Source: Squalus acanthias
Lineage: Eukaryota
Assembly (NCBI GenBank): GCA_030390025.1
Contig: CM059431.1
Coordinates: 97,776,001-97,840,000, forward strand
Reading direction: 5' to 3'
Length of the DNA: 64,000 nucleotides
Numbering within the stretch: position 1 is the first letter of the stretch; each line of letters begins with the position of its first letter. The notes below the pieces were generated by a model, which did no database searches, was not told the origin of the DNA, and saw only the letters and a list, made by a program, of their open reading frames with translations. Made by a program: the position numbers and the translations under genes. This document shows positions 11,815 through 24,659 of the stretch, piece after piece.

Positions 11815-12365
11815 TAAGAACATAGAATTAGGAGCAGGAGTCGGCCGTATGGCCCCTCGAGCCTGCTCCGCCATTCAATAAGATCATGGCTGATCATCTA
11901 CCTCAACTCCACTTTCCTGCCCTATCCCCATACCCCTTGATTCCTTAGAGTCCAAAAATCTATCGATCTCAGCCTTGAATATACTCAACGACTCCACATC
12001 CACAGCCCTCTGAGGTAGAGAATTCCAAAGATTCACCACCCTCTTGAGTGAAGAAATTTCTCCTCATCTTAGTCCTAAATGGCTGACCCCTTATTCTGAG
12101 ACTGTGACCCCTAGTTCCAGACTCTCCAGCCAGGGGAAACCGCTTCTAAGCCCTCTAAGAATTTTATATGTTTCAATGAGATCACCTCTCATTATTCTAA
12201 ACTCCAGAGAGTATAGGCCTAGTCTACTCGATCTCTCCTCATAGGACAATCCCCCCATCCCAGGAATTAGTCTGGTGAACCTTCGTTGCACTCCCTCTAA
12301 GGCAAGTATATTCTTCCTTGGGTACGGAGACCAAAACTGGACACAGTACTCCAGGTGTGGTCTCG
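11815..12365 (-). mobile_element. CR1 LINE 3' fragment
   Basis: [14 protein letters not shown]...RGDLIETYKIL. Confidence 0.92.
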
Positions 12366-12676
12366 CAGAAGCTGACCAGGGAGTCGCGCTGCTCACAAAG
12401 CAGAAGCACATTAACGAGGACCCGTCTAACTATATTGCTCATTTTCCGATCTGGTCACGACGATATTATCTCTAACAGTTCTGTTACAATGTCTATGTTG
12501 GTATTTTTAATGATCCAGTGACCATGCATCAACTGCAGAGTCTCCTGGTGCTAGAATTAAAAAAAGTGAAAATAGAATAATACTGCCGTTGGTGAGTACA
12601 GGGTTGATTTCCAGGCCGTAATCACTCCCGTGTTCATTTTCCGTCTCTCCCCACCCATGCTTTCGCACGCTCTCGC

Positions 12677-13082
12677 TCAACAACAACAACTTGCATTTAT
12701 ACAGCACCTTTAACGTATTAAAACGTCCCAAGGCGCTTCACAGGAGCGTTATCAAACAAAATTTGATACCGAGTCACATAAGGAGATATTAGGACAGGTG
12801 GCCAAAAAGCTTGGTCAAAGAGGTAGGTTTTAAGGAGCATCTTAAAGGAGGGTGGAGAGGTTTAGGGAGGGAATTCTAGAGCTTAGGGCCTAGGCATCTG
12901 AAGGCACGGCCACCGATGGTGGAGCAATTAAAATCGGGGATGCGCAAGGGGCCAGGATTGGAGGAGTGCAGAGATCTCGGAGGGTTGTAGGACTAGAGGA
13001 GATTACAGAGATAGGGAGGGGTGAGGCCATGGAGGGATTTGAAAACAAGGATGAGAATTTTAAAATTGAGGTGTTGCCAGGC
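12677..13082 (-). mobile_element. L2-like LINE 3' fragment with (GTT)n tail
   Basis: Minus strand ends ataaatgcaagttgttgttgttg; L2-type C-terminal region. Confidence 0.75.
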
Positions 13083-13274
13083 CCGGGAGCTAATGTCTCA
13101 TACATTTTTAGTTATTACGTATTTTATTTTTAGTTGACTCCCTGGTAGACACCAGCAGTGCTCAATCATGGGCATGTCCAAGCTCCTTTATATTGCAGTG
13201 CGCCGATGTGGCTGAGAATAGTTTTGCACTTCGCGGTATAATAAATGGCGAACTTAACTGTCTGGCATTTTCAG

Positions 13275-13408
13275 CTCTGTGTTCGGAAATAAACTGGACA
13301 TCCATTCGGGTGGAATAGACCTGGCCTTTCCCCATCACGAGAACGAGATTGCCCAGTGTGAAGCCTACCACCAGTGTGAACAATGGGGCAACTACTTTTT
13401 ACACTCTG
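13275..13408 (+). CDS. CARS2: CARS2 exon, 134 bp ([44 protein letters not shown])
   Basis: tttcag acceptor; g|gtatgt donor; GGIDLxFPHHENE motif. Confidence 0.97.
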
Positions 13409-14560
13409 GTATGTATCTGCTGTGCATCGGAGAAAGGGCAGACATGATTCAAAGACGGCATTTGTTGCTAAATAGCTGTCATGCATTTTTTGATACTTGA
13501 GTAAGTAGTAGTGAAATATCGGGCAAGTTTTCCAATTGCACATGGGAGTGTATATCTGGCAATCTGTGTGTAATTTTCTGGCCATTAGTTTAAAGATGGG
13601 CTACAAGCGATTTCTTAATGTGACCTCCCGGTGAGCAAGATTCCGTGCTGGGAGCATGCAATCAGAAAACTTATCCTTTGTTTCTAAAGGGTTCACAAAC
13701 AGAGACACCACCAACAGTTTCAACTTTCAATCTGGATCACAATCCTGAGGAGTTTGGATGTTCGGGTTTTCAGTTTTTCTCCAAGTCTCTTAGTAAAGGA
13801 TGAAATATACACACTGGTGATTTGTTAATTGGGCTCTTTGGGCAGCAAGCATGCAGCCTTGTGATAAGTGGGATTGTTTTGTGGTTTAATAGTGAACAGA
13901 ATGAATGTAATCAACTTATTAAGCCCTGCAGCAGTGCATCGTAACAGCTGTTGAGATGGTGTTATGCTTTTGAGAGCATTTCATCCAACAACAGTGAATT
14001 ATTTGCTGACGGAAGGATCTCTGATTTTATTTAGGTGCTTAAGTTGTTTACTTGTTGAGTCCCTTGATCTGAAATTTCCCGAATTTCCATGAAGAGGCCA
14101 ACAATCCAAGCTCTTTTGTTTTTGATTCAGTGAAATTGCAATTCTTCAGGTCTAAGGTTCTTGGTCCCAGGAGTTCTGCTAACTCGTTGCTCACTAGTGG
14201 AATTATTTAATACGAAGCTTTAAAACACTTCCTTTGCTTACCCTGTTTTACACCACTACTGTCAGGTATTTGTATTTAACCTGGAAACCCAGACATTTTT
14301 AACCTGTTTGTTCCTTCTCACCTGTGCTGAACTTTGGTCCCTTGGGAGCTGATATTGCACAGTTCCATTTCCCTGCTTTCTCTCCACACCTTTCGTTCTA
14401 CTTTTCTTTAAGTAATTATCCAGTATCTTTGTTGGATACAGTCATTGATTTCGCACCAGTCACCATCTGTGGCATTCCACATCCAGATAACTTTGCCTGA
14501 AAGTGTTTCTTCTAATCTTCCCTGTTTTGTATCGAATGATTACAATGAGATCAGGACCTC

Positions 14561-14709
14561 GGGGGTGAAATTGGTCTTTGGCAGGAGCAAGAAACGGGCG
14601 ATACGGCATCGGCCGCCCCTTTTACACCTGCCTGATCTGCGGTGTAAAATGTGCGGCGGATTTGCCAACACACGCTTCACGCTACCGCCCCAAGACCAAT
14701 TTCAGCCCC
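14561..14709. mobile_element. Palindromic MITE-like element (about 150-bp hairpin)
   Basis: Termini gggggtgaaattggtctt / aagaccaatttcagcccc; inner arms ccgccccttttacacc / ggtgtaaaatgtgcgg. Confidence 0.7.
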
Positions 14710-14776
14710 TCTTGACTTCAGTTACCTACCAATGGAAAGAACCCATCTTTATCTTGTGTGCATTCCTTTTGTTTAG

Positions 14777-14844
14777 GCCATTTGCATTTGAAGGGAAGTG
14801 AAGAAAAGATGTCAAAATCATTGAAAAATTACATCACAATCAAG
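14777..14844 (+). CDS. CARS2: CARS2 exon, 68 bp ([23 protein letters not shown])
   Basis: gtttag acceptor; aag|gtaacg donor; class I aaRS KMSKS motif. Confidence 0.97.
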
Positions 14845-15725
14845 GTAACGATCCACTTGTATCCCACCAGTTTACCCTTTCCCTGCTTTCTTTATGTCCC
14901 TTTAAAAAAACAACAAAATGAGGGGCGAGTTGGCTAAGGTAGATTGGGAAACTACATTAAAAGGTATGACAGTGGACAAGCAATGGCTAGCATTTAAAGA
15001 ATTAATACATAATTTACAACAAATATACATTCCTTTAAGGCACAAAAACCCCACAGGAAAAGTGGTCCAACCGTGGCTAACGAGAGAAGTTAAAGATAGT
15101 ATTAGATCACAGGAAGAGGCTGATAATGCTGCTAAAAAGAGCAGTAAGCCTGAGGATTGGGAGGATTTTAGAATTCAGCAAAGGAGGTCCAAGAAATTGA
15201 TAAAGAAAGGGAAAATAGAATGAGATGTAAATTCAGACTGTAAAAGCTTCTATAGGTATGTAAAAAGGAAAAGATTAGTGCAAGTAAATGTGGGTCCCTT
15301 ACAGGCTGAGACAGGAGAAATTATAATGGGGAATAAGGAAATGGCAGAGAAACTAAACAAGTACTTTGTGTCTGTTTTCACGGAAGAAGGCACAAAAAAC
15401 TTCCTGGAAATAGTGGAGAACCAAGGGTCTAGCGAGAATGAGGAAATGGGAGAAATTAGTATTAGTAAAAAGTAGTACTGGAGAAATTAATGGGATTGAA
15501 AGCCGATAAATCTCCTGGACCTGATGGCCTACATACTAGGGTTTTGAAAGAGTTTGCTATAGAGATAGTGAATTCATTGGTTGGAATTTTCCAAAATTCC
15601 ATAGATTCTAGAACGATTACCACAGATTGGAAGGTAGCAAATGGTAATCCTGCTATTTAAGAAAGTAGGGAGAGAGTAGGGAGTTAGCTTGACATCAGTA
15701 GTATGGAAAATGCTAGAACCAATTA

Positions 15726-16119
15726 CAGGAAACTCTTTGGTATCTGGCACCGACGGGACCGGCGTGGTGCCGGTTGATCAAAAGTTCCGGATAACGGAGA
15801 GTTATATCTACCGAGGCTATTTTTAACAAACAAAAATCAGACTCCTGTTACTGCCGTGTTCGGACTTCCGACAGTGCCAGGAGGCCGAGTAGTGGCACTT
15901 TGGAGAACTACCCCCACTGACTAACTCGGCGTTCGCGGGAGACTCGGACTCGGCAACATTGCCGGTTATTTGAGAGGAGTTTTCGGAGTACTCGGCGTTC
16001 GCGGGAGACTCGGACTCGGCAACATTGCCGGTTATTTGAGAGGAGTTTTCGGAGTATGATTTTTGCCGGTTAAGAGAGAATTCCGGATATTTAGGTGCCG
16101 GTTAAACGAGAGTTTCCTG
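15726..16119. mobile_element. pogo/Tigger-like MITE, copy 1 (394 bp, TA TSD)
   Basis: TA|CAGGAAACTC...GAGTTTCCTG|TA; imperfect TIR of about 26 bp; interrupts the CR1. Confidence 0.88.
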
Positions 16120-16537
16120 TATTAAGGACATGGTAACAGGGCACTTAGAAAATAATAAGAGGATTGGGCAGAGTCAACATGGATTTATGAAAGGGAAATC
16201 ATGTTTGACAAATCTATTAGAATTTTTTGCGGTTGTAACTAGCAGAATCGATAAGGGGGAACCAGTGGATGTGGTGTATTTGGATTTTCAGAAGGCAGTC
16301 GTTAAGGTGCCACACGAGGTTATTAAACAAAATTAAGACACATGGGATTGGGGGTAATATACTAGCATGGATTGAGGATTGGTTAACGGACAGAAAACAG
16401 AGAGTAGGAATAAACGGGTCATTTTCGGGTTGGCAGGCTGTAACTAATGGGGTACCACAAGGATCAGTGTTTGGGCCTCAGCTATTCACAATCTACATCA
16501 ATGATTTGGATGAGGGGACCAAATGTAATATATCCAA

Positions 16538-16670
16538 TACGATAGCAAAATACTGCGGATGCTGGAAATCCGAAATAACAACAGAAAACGCTGGAAAAAC
16601 TCAGCAGGCCAGGCAGCATCCGTGGAGAGAGAAAGAGAGTTAACGTTTCAGGTCGATGACCTTTCATCAG
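16538..16670 (-). mobile_element. Short PLE family B insert (133 bp) starting at a hammerhead core; 11-bp TSD
   Basis: AATATATCCAA at 16527-16537 and 16671-16681; minus strand CTGATGA-A-AGGTC-atc-GACCT-GAAA-CG-TT-AAC; matches the 3' end of the PLE at 22676-23829. Confidence 0.85.
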
Positions 16671-17988
16671 AATATATCCAAGTTTGCTGATGATACAAAG
16701 CTGGGTGGATATGTAAGTTGTGAGGAGGATGCAATGAGTCTTCAAGGATATATAGACAGGCTAAGTGAGTGGGCAAGAACATGGCAAATGGAATATAATG
16801 TGGAGAAATGTGAAGTTACCCACTTTGGTAGGAAAAATAGAAAAGCAGAGTATTTTTTAAATGGTGAGAGATTGGGAAATGGTGTTCAGAGGGACCTGGG
16901 TGTCCTTGTACATGGATCACTGAAAGTACAGCAAGCAATTAGGAAAGCAAATGGTATGTTGGCCTTTATTACAAGAGGATTTGAGTATAAGAGTAAAGAC
17001 GTCTTACTGCAATTATATCGGGCCCTGGTGAGACCACACCTGGAGTATTGTGTACAGTTTTGGTCTCCTTACCTAAGGAAGGATATACTTGCCATAGAGG
17101 GAGTGCAACGAAGGTTCACCAGACTGGTTCCTGGGAACGGGGGGGATTGTCCTATGAGGAGAGATTGAGTAGACTGGGCCTATATTCTCTAGAGTTTAGA
17201 AGAATGAGAGGTGATCTTATTGAAACATACAAAATTCTTACAGGACTTGACAGGGTAGATGCAGGGAGGATGTTTCCCCTGGCTGGGGAGTCTAGAACCA
17301 GGGGTCACAGTCTCGGAATAAGGGGTCGGCCATTTAGGACTAAGATGAGGAGAAATTTCTTCACTCAGAGGGTGGTGAATCTTTGGAATTCTCTACCCCA
17401 GAGGGCTGTGGCGGCTCAGTCGTTGAGTATATTCAAGACAGAGATCGATAGATTTTTGGACACTAAGGGAATCGAGGGATATGGGGATAGTGCAGGAAAG
17501 TGGAGTTGAGGCAGAAGATCAGCCATGATCTTATTGAATGGCGGAGCAGGCTCGAATGGCCTACTCCTGCTCCCTATTTCTTATGTTAATATAATAAATG
17601 TTGACTGCACTTGTAGAATCACCCTGAGGGTCCCAGCAGTGATAAAGTACACAAAAATTCCCAAAGCTCAGGGCATCATTGTGTAAAATAAATTCTGTGA
17701 TCTCAGGCGATAGTTACTGCTCGGGTCTTTAATAGCTGTTCCGACAGTCAGTATTGTATAATAACAGGGAGTTTTGCTGCTGAGAACTGGCAAATGTGCT
17801 CTGTTCTTCCTCCACTGGAAGGAAGGAATAAATGCGGAAAGACTGAACAGGCTGGGGCTCTTTTCTCTAGAAAAGAGAAGGCTGAGGGCTGGCCCAATAG
17901 AAGTCTTTAAAATTATGAAAGGGTTTGATAGGGTAGATGTAGAGAAGATGTTTCCACTTAGGGAGACCAGAACTAGAGGCCAAAAATA

Positions 17989-20328
17989 CAGTGAAACCTG
18001 TACAAATGGAAAGCCCCAAAAAACAGACATTTATTGACGGTCCCAAATAACTTGCATTATAATAGATACAAACTGCCCCTTGAAAGCACGGACACTCGCA
18101 AATTTTGAAGTATGGACAGCCTTCAGTTCACCAATTGAAAACATGGGACACGCAGGTGAGTGCGAGGCAGCAACGGGTGAAAGAAAAGACTTTTGTGTAA
18201 TGGAGATTGCTTACCCAGTATCCACAGCATCAGAGAAACCGCTCTGTCTATGAGATTGAATGCTCGCATGGCTTTGTCCTGGGGATAGAGTGGTTTCTCT
18301 GCAGCTGTGCATGCTGGGTAAGGAAATTCCATTTCACAAAAGCCGGGAACTGCACCCAAATGACCAGTACCGTCGCAAAATATCTCCAGGGTGCTCCCTC
18401 TAGATTATTTACATGGCTTATCATCGGATTAAATTTCCTATTGCAGTGCCCCGCCCCATGCTTCGTGACGTCACCTGACCCTCGCCACAGAGAGCTGTGA
18501 CCATGTGGAGCACAGTTGGGAGGAGGCTGGAGAGTCGGGAATCATGGGTGTCGACATTCCGGAGGGGATTTGATATGTGGTGGTCTCAGAATTCAGGGGG
18601 GGGCTCTGAAATCTCGGGGGTTGGGGGGGCGCTGAAATCGGGGGCAGGAAGAGATGGAGACTGGGGAATGGGGGTCTCGGAGAAAAGTAGAAAGGGAAGG
18701 GAACTGGAGAAAGAAGGGGACTAGGAGTCGGGAAATTGGGGCTTAAGTGTGATGTTTGGGGGTGGGGTGGGGGGGATGGAGAGAGAGTGTTGTGGGGTGG
18801 GCACCAGCAGTGTTTGCAGAGCCAGGACCAGCAGCACAGAGAGGAGCAGCCAGTAAAGTGGAAGAACCAAGGGGGAATGAAGGTTCGTAAACTGAGGGTA
18901 TTCGACTGTGGGATCCTTCACCACAAGTGGCGATTGAGGTAGAGACTAATGAAAGAAACGGGGATAAATATCTGTAAAGGAGGAATATGAAAGGGTCTGG
19001 GGGTTACAGGAGACAGTGCAATCACCGGGGGCTGAAGGTCTGCTCCCGTGCTCTAATTTCTCAGTCTCCGCAATCCTCCTGCTCGCGGGAGGTCTCCTGG
19101 TTCTCGGAACCTCTTGCACAACAGCTGCTGGCATGAAACCACGAGCAAAAATACTCAACTTCAGGGGACCCAACCTTTATATGGTAAATAACATTTGTAA
19201 TAGTCATGTGACCAGAAGTCATGTCATGTGGCCAAAACATCACGTGATCAAATCTCAGGAGCACAGGTACAGAGTATGGAAGCGACCGCACAGGAGGAGA
19301 GCTCTGGTCAGACGGCAAGCAACGGCCGTAACACGCGATCCGTACACACAAAACACAACCCAAAATGCGAGCCGAGCACAAACACAACCGAAAACACGAG
19401 CGCAGCATTCAAAACACAACCCAAAACGCGAGCCAAGCACAAAACACAACCCAAAACGCGAGCCAAGCACAAAACACAACCCAAAACGCGAGCCAAGCAC
19501 AAAACACAACCCAAAACGCGAGCCAAGCACAAAACACAACCCAAAACGCGAGCCAAGCACAAACACAACCCAAAACGCGAGCCAAGCACAAAACACAACC
19601 CAAAACGCGAGCCAAGCACAAAACACAACCCAAAATGCGAGCCAAGCACAAACACAACCCAAAATGCGAGCCGAGCACAAACACAGCTCAAAATGCGAGC
19701 CGAGCACAAACACAGCTCAAAACGCGAGCCGAGCACAAAACACAACCCAAAACGCGAGCCAAGCACAAACACAGCTCAAAACACGAGCCGAGCACAAAAC
19801 ACAGCTCAAAACACGAGCCGAGCACAAAACACAGCTCAAAACACGAGCCGAGCACAAACACAACCCAAAACACACGAGCGGCTGGAGAAATCAGGAAGAA
19901 GTACAGCTGCGATTGGAGGATATCATCTTGCTCTACCAGTACGTCAGGTGCCAATGAACTGCTAACAGCCCCCTGCTCACCTCCCCCCCACCCCACAGCA
20001 GTTCAAATATTAACAGCCGCGGTACACAGAGGGAGGGGGTCCCGGACAGGGGTCTGCAGGACAATTAAACCCCACTCCCCCAAAAAATCCCAGGATCGCC
20101 ACAACCCTCACTCAATGGAAAAGGACCGTGGGATGGCGATGAACTGGGAAACCCAACTAACAGAAAATAGAACTGAAATCACATCTTGCTGGCGGGGCTG
20201 CAGAATTAGGACACCGCCAATCCCGGGATATTTGGCTCATCCGGTTTACTGTACTTACAATGACCATTTTGAAAATAAGGACACCTGATGCAAGTCCCTT
20301 AGGCATCCCTAATTTACAGGTTTCACTG
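17989..20328. mobile_element. Non-autonomous pogo/Tigger-like DNA transposon (2340 bp)
   Basis: TIR CAGTGAAACCTGTA / TACAGGTTTCACTG; left flank TA, right flank GA (presumably a mutated TSD); no transposase ORF recognised. Confidence 0.8.
19345..19880. repeat. 29/30-bp A/C-rich minisatellite (caaaacacaacccaaaacgcgagccaagca)
   Basis: Direct reading; lies inside the DNA transposon. Confidence 0.95.
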
Positions 20329-20840
20329 GATAAGTTAGTCACTAATAAATCCAGTAGGGAATTCAGGAGAAACTACTTTACCCAGAGAGTGGTGAGAATG
20401 TGGAACTCGCTACCACAGGGAGTGGTTGAGGCGAAGAGCAGAGAGACATTTCAGGGGAAACTAGATAAACACATGAGGGAGAAAGGAATAGAAGGTTATG
20501 CTGGTAGGGTGAGATGAAGAGGGGTGGGAGGCGGCTGGTGTGGAGCAGAAACACTGGCACGCACCAGTTGGGCCGAATGGCCTGTTTCTGTGCTGGGCTT
20601 TCTATGTAATATGTGCAGTTGCGGAATTTCCCTTCAGCCGTGCTCGATTCTAGCCGTGTAGGGAAACCAATGCATTTCCTGGTCATTACAGCCGAGTACT
20701 CATGTCACATGGATAGATGAATTCCTCGAATGAGGACTGCTGGGCCTCAGAGTCACACCATATTTTTAGTGCTTCTAGTTGTTGCTTTGTACTTGTAATG
20801 CACAGATGATAACATTTCAATTCCTCTGATTGTTAACCAG

Positions 20841-20907
20841 AACCTCTTGGAAAAATTCTCTGCAAATCAATTTCGAATGTTCTGTCTTCTATCAAAATAC
20901 AGATCAG
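20841..20907 (+). CDS. CARS2: CARS2 exon, 67 bp (NLLEKFSANQFRMFCLLSKYRS)
   Basis: aaccag acceptor; g|gtatga donor; FRxFCLxxxYRS motif. Confidence 0.93.
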
Positions 20908-20988
20908 GTATGAACTTTAAAAGTTTGAACAAAGAGGTGATGTGCGACGGGAGGACCTTGCTAAGTCTGTATTGTGTTTGAATTGTAG

Positions 20989-21127
20989 CAGTGGAATACA
21001 GTGATACGAGCATGACGGAAGCCAAAAACCTTCTCCACTCCATCTCGGCTTTTATCAATGATGCATCTGCTTACATGAGAGGACAGTTGGTCTGCCCGGC
21101 AGTCGATGAAACGTCGTTATGGGAAAG
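20989..21127 (+). CDS. CARS2: CARS2 exon, 139 bp (AVEYSDTSMTEAKNLLHSISAFINDASAYMRGQLVCPAVDETSLWER)
   Basis: Follows an 81-bp intron; ttgtag acceptor within TAGCAG; ag|gtatgg donor. Confidence 0.94.
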
Positions 21128-21137
21128 GTATGGTAGC

Positions 21138-21985
21138 CTCTCAGTACTGCCCCTCCGACAGTGCGGCGCTCCCTCAGTACTGCCCCTCCGACAGTGCAGC
21201 GCTCCCTCAGTACTGCCCCTCCGACAGTGCGGCACTCCCTCAGTACTGCCCCTCCGACAGTGCAGCGCTCCCTCAGTACTGCCCCTCCGACAGTGCGGCA
21301 CTCCCTCAGTACTGCCCCTCCGACAGTGCAGCGCTCCCTCAGTACTGCCCCTCCGACAGTGCAGCGCTCCCTCAGTACTGCCCCTCCGACAGTGCAGCGC
21401 TCCCTCAGTACTGACCCTCTGACAGTGCAGCACTCCCTCAATCCTGCCCCTCCGACAGTGTGGCGCTCCCTCAGTACTGCCCCTCCGACAATGCGGCGCT
21501 CCCTCAGTACTGTCCCTACAACAGTGCAGCCCTCCGACAGTGCAGCGCTCTCTCAGTACTGCCCCTCCGACAGTGCAGCTCTCCCTCAGTACTGCCCTTC
21601 CGACAGTGCAGCGCTCCCTCAGTACTGCCCCTCTGACAGTGCAGCGCTCCCTCAGTACTGCCCCTCCGACAGTGCAGCGCTCTCAGTACTGCCCCTCCGA
21701 CAGTGCAGCTCTCCCTCAGTACTGCCCTTCCGACAGTGCAGCGCTCCCTCAGTACTGCCCCTCCGACAGTGTAGCGCTCCCTTAGTACTGTTCCTCCGAC
21801 AGCGCAGGGCTCCCTCAGTACTGCCCCTCCGACAATGCAGCGCTCACTCAGTACTGCCACTCCGACAGTGCAGCACTCCCTCAGTACTGCACAGGAGTGT
21901 CATCCTCTTAGTGAGCTCAAGTTCCTGGGCTTGAACCCACGACTCTCGAGGCGAGAGAGCTACCCACTGAGCCATGGCTGACACT
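21138..21985 (-). repeat. DeuSINE head plus 33-bp minisatellite array 1 (cagtactgcccctccgacagtgcagcgctccct)
   Basis: Array 21138-21890; tRNA-like head with A box TGGCTCAGTGG and B box GGTTCAAGCCC on the minus strand at 21925-21985. Confidence 0.92.
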
Positions 21986-22675
21986 AGCTGGGTAACTTGC
22001 TGAACTAATCCAGTATAGGGAATTAAACCCAAATTATATACAAGAGAATAGTTTAAAAATTCTCTTAAGTGCTGTCTTGTTTTGATGTTTTTTTGGTGTG
22101 GAGCTTTTAACCCTTGAGGATTAATTTACAGTTCATTGGTTGAAATGTGTTAGTCGAAGCCTCTGAAATGAGAGCTTCCTAGCAAAAAATAGGAAGGTGT
22201 TTAGTAACTGATGTGTAGTTTAGACCCTATCACTAAATAGAAACAAACCACCATAAAGATGAAAGTGTACTTCTCTCCAATTAATGAAATAAAGTTGATG
22301 ATTCCTCAATCAATTATCGCTGCCTAAATTGTAGAATTAAGCACCTGTTCACCTGTTTACTTGAAGTTGTTCTTAGTTGGGAAGCAGGAACTTGCTGTGT
22401 GTCTGCCCTCTGTGGGTGTATTGCTTCCACATTATTTGACATATCAATTATACCCTTTGTCTCTCTGGTTTCTCTTTGTCAAGGGAATTAGAGCAGATTG
22501 ACTGAAGGGCCAGGTGACTTGAGCTGTCATCTCTCTCCTGTTTATGGAACAATTGGCATTAATTCTAGTGAATAATTTGAACTACACTCGTAGTTCCCTG
22601 TTGCATTCTGTGGTACCTGTAGTGAGGTTCTGCTTTGTGGTGTCTCTCCTGGCTGTCCCATCCTCCGTAAACTTC

Positions 22676-23829
22676 TTTTTTCCTCAACCGAGGATTCCCC
22701 TCCACCGTGGTTGACACGGCCCTCAACCGTGTCCGTTCTATTTCCCGTACTTCTGCTCTCGCCCCTTCCCCTCCCTCCAAGAACCTTTCACCCCACCAGC
22801 CTCCACATTCAACGGATCATTTTCCGCCACCTCCAGCGTGATCCCACCACCAAAGACATCTTCCCCTCCCCTTTCAGCATTCTGAAGGGACCGCTCCCTC
22901 CGCGACACCCTGGTCCACTCCGCTCTCACCCCCAACACCCCTTCACCTTCCCACAGCACCTTCCCATGCAAGCGCAGGAGATGCTACACCTGCCCTTTTA
23001 CCTCCTCCCTTCCCACTGTCCAGGGCCCCAAACACTCCTTCCAGGTGAAACAGCGATTTACTTTTACGTCTTGCAATTTAGTATACTGTATTCGCTGCTC
23101 ATGATGCGGTCTTCTCTTCATTGGGGAGACCAAACTCAGATTGGGTGACCACTTTGCGGAACACCTCCGTTCAGTCCGTAAGCGTGACCCCGAGCTTCCG
23201 GTCGCCTGTCATTTTAATTCTCCGCTCCACTCCCACTCTGAGCTCTCTGTCCTCGGCCTCTTACACTGTTCCAATGAAGCTCAACGTAAGCTCAAGGAGC
23301 AGCACCTCATCTTTCGATTAGGCACTTTACAGCCTTCTGGACTCAACATAGATTTCAACAATTTCAGACTATAACCTTGGCCCCTATTTTTCTTTTCTTA
23401 TTTTTTCTTTTTTTTTCTCACATGGCAGCTGTTGATGTTTCTGCCATTGCCATTTACACCTCATCTGGAGTCATCTTTTGTTTCGAAAAATAGGAGCAGA
23501 AGTAGGTCATTCGGCCCTTCGAGCCTGCTCCGCCATTCAATATGATCATGGCCGATCTTAACTTGTCCAATTGCCATCTCCTTTTGCCTTGCACCATCAT
23601 CCCTTTTGTCTTTTAATCTCTCCTGCCTTCCACCCTATCACACACCTTCCCTTTTGTTCTTTCCTCCCCACCTCCCTTTCCCTGCCCCTACACTTGCTTA
23701 AAAATCTATTACATCTCTAACTTTTTCCAGTTCTGACAAAGGGTCATCAACCTGAAACGTTAACTCTGTTTCTCTCTCTCTACAGATGCTGCCTGACCTG
23801 CTGAGTATTTCCAGCATTTTCTGTTCTTA
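22676..23829 (+). mobile_element. 5'-truncated Penelope-like element (family B) with GIY-YIG remnant, inserted in an L2 fragment
   Basis: IGETKLRLGDHFAEHL...VACHFNS...EQHLIFRLGTLQPSGLN; TSD ctccRtaaacttc at 22663-22675 and 23830-23842; degenerate hammerhead (CTGACAA) at 23729-23765. Confidence 0.88.
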
Positions 23830-24659
23830 CTCCATAAACTTCACCTCATCCAAAACTCTGCTGCCCGTATCTTATGCCGCACCAAGTCCCGTTCGCCCAT
23901 CAACCCTGTGCTCGCTGACCTACATTTACTCCCGATCCCCAATTGCCTCAAATATAAAATTCTCATCCTTTTGATTTAGTACCCTTGATCACCTCCTCTT
24001 CCCTATCTCTCACATCCTCCAGCCCTGCATTCCCTCCGTCTCCCCTCTTCCCCCCCACTGCCCCCCCCCCCCCCCCCCCCCCCAAACTCTTTTTTTTGTT
24101 TCCTGCCTCTTGTGCATTCCCCACCCCTTTCGCCGAACCATTAGCGTCTATGTGATCAGCTGCCTCGGGATTCCCTGAGCGCCTCTGTCGTGTTCTCCCG
24201 CTGACAGCATTCTACGCACATCAGGACACCTGGCTGACCAAACAAACATTGGGGTTTGGGTCTTGGTGCCTGTTACATGGCATATCACACGTTTAGATGA
24301 AAAAAAAATTTTTTAATTATTGAGTTAAGAATCCTGATTAGGGCTTATCTCGCCTCCTGTGATGGCACCTTACAATGGGTCATGATGGTGAGGGGCATTG
24401 TTGGTGCCATCACAGTGAGGGGCATACGGGTCCATGCATTACGGGGAAAGTGTTTGTATGTCAATCTTTTGGGTTAAGGTGATGCACTTGCCAAGGGCTC
24501 TGGTTGGTATTTGCCTCTCTGAGACATGTATTGATTGTGCCAACAACCCTTCCATGTCAAAGGGACAGAGCCATAGAATAAACCTTGGGTTTGGCCTTGC
24601 TAGTGGAAGGGGAAGCGTGGTCCACATGCCCCCTGGTCATCGGGATATGCCTCTGCTCA

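Larger units (their letters stand above)
14917..17587 (+). mobile_element. Large decayed CR1 LINE (ORF2 RT to 3' tail) with two nested inserts
   Basis: QHGFMKGKSCLTNLLEFF, VYLDFQKA, GVPQGSVFGP, KFADDTKLGG and [11 protein letters not shown] in frameshifted ORFs. Confidence 0.95.
17830..20610 (+). mobile_element. CR1 3' fragment split by a DNA transposon (halves 17830-17988 and 20329-20610)
   Basis: ...ETRTRGQKY and KLVTNKSSREFRRNYFTQRVV join once the insert is removed. Confidence 0.85.

Noticed and set aside
19016..20288. ORFs of about 300 aa inside the TIR element
   Set aside because: Dominated by minisatellite translation; no DDE/DDD transposase motifs.
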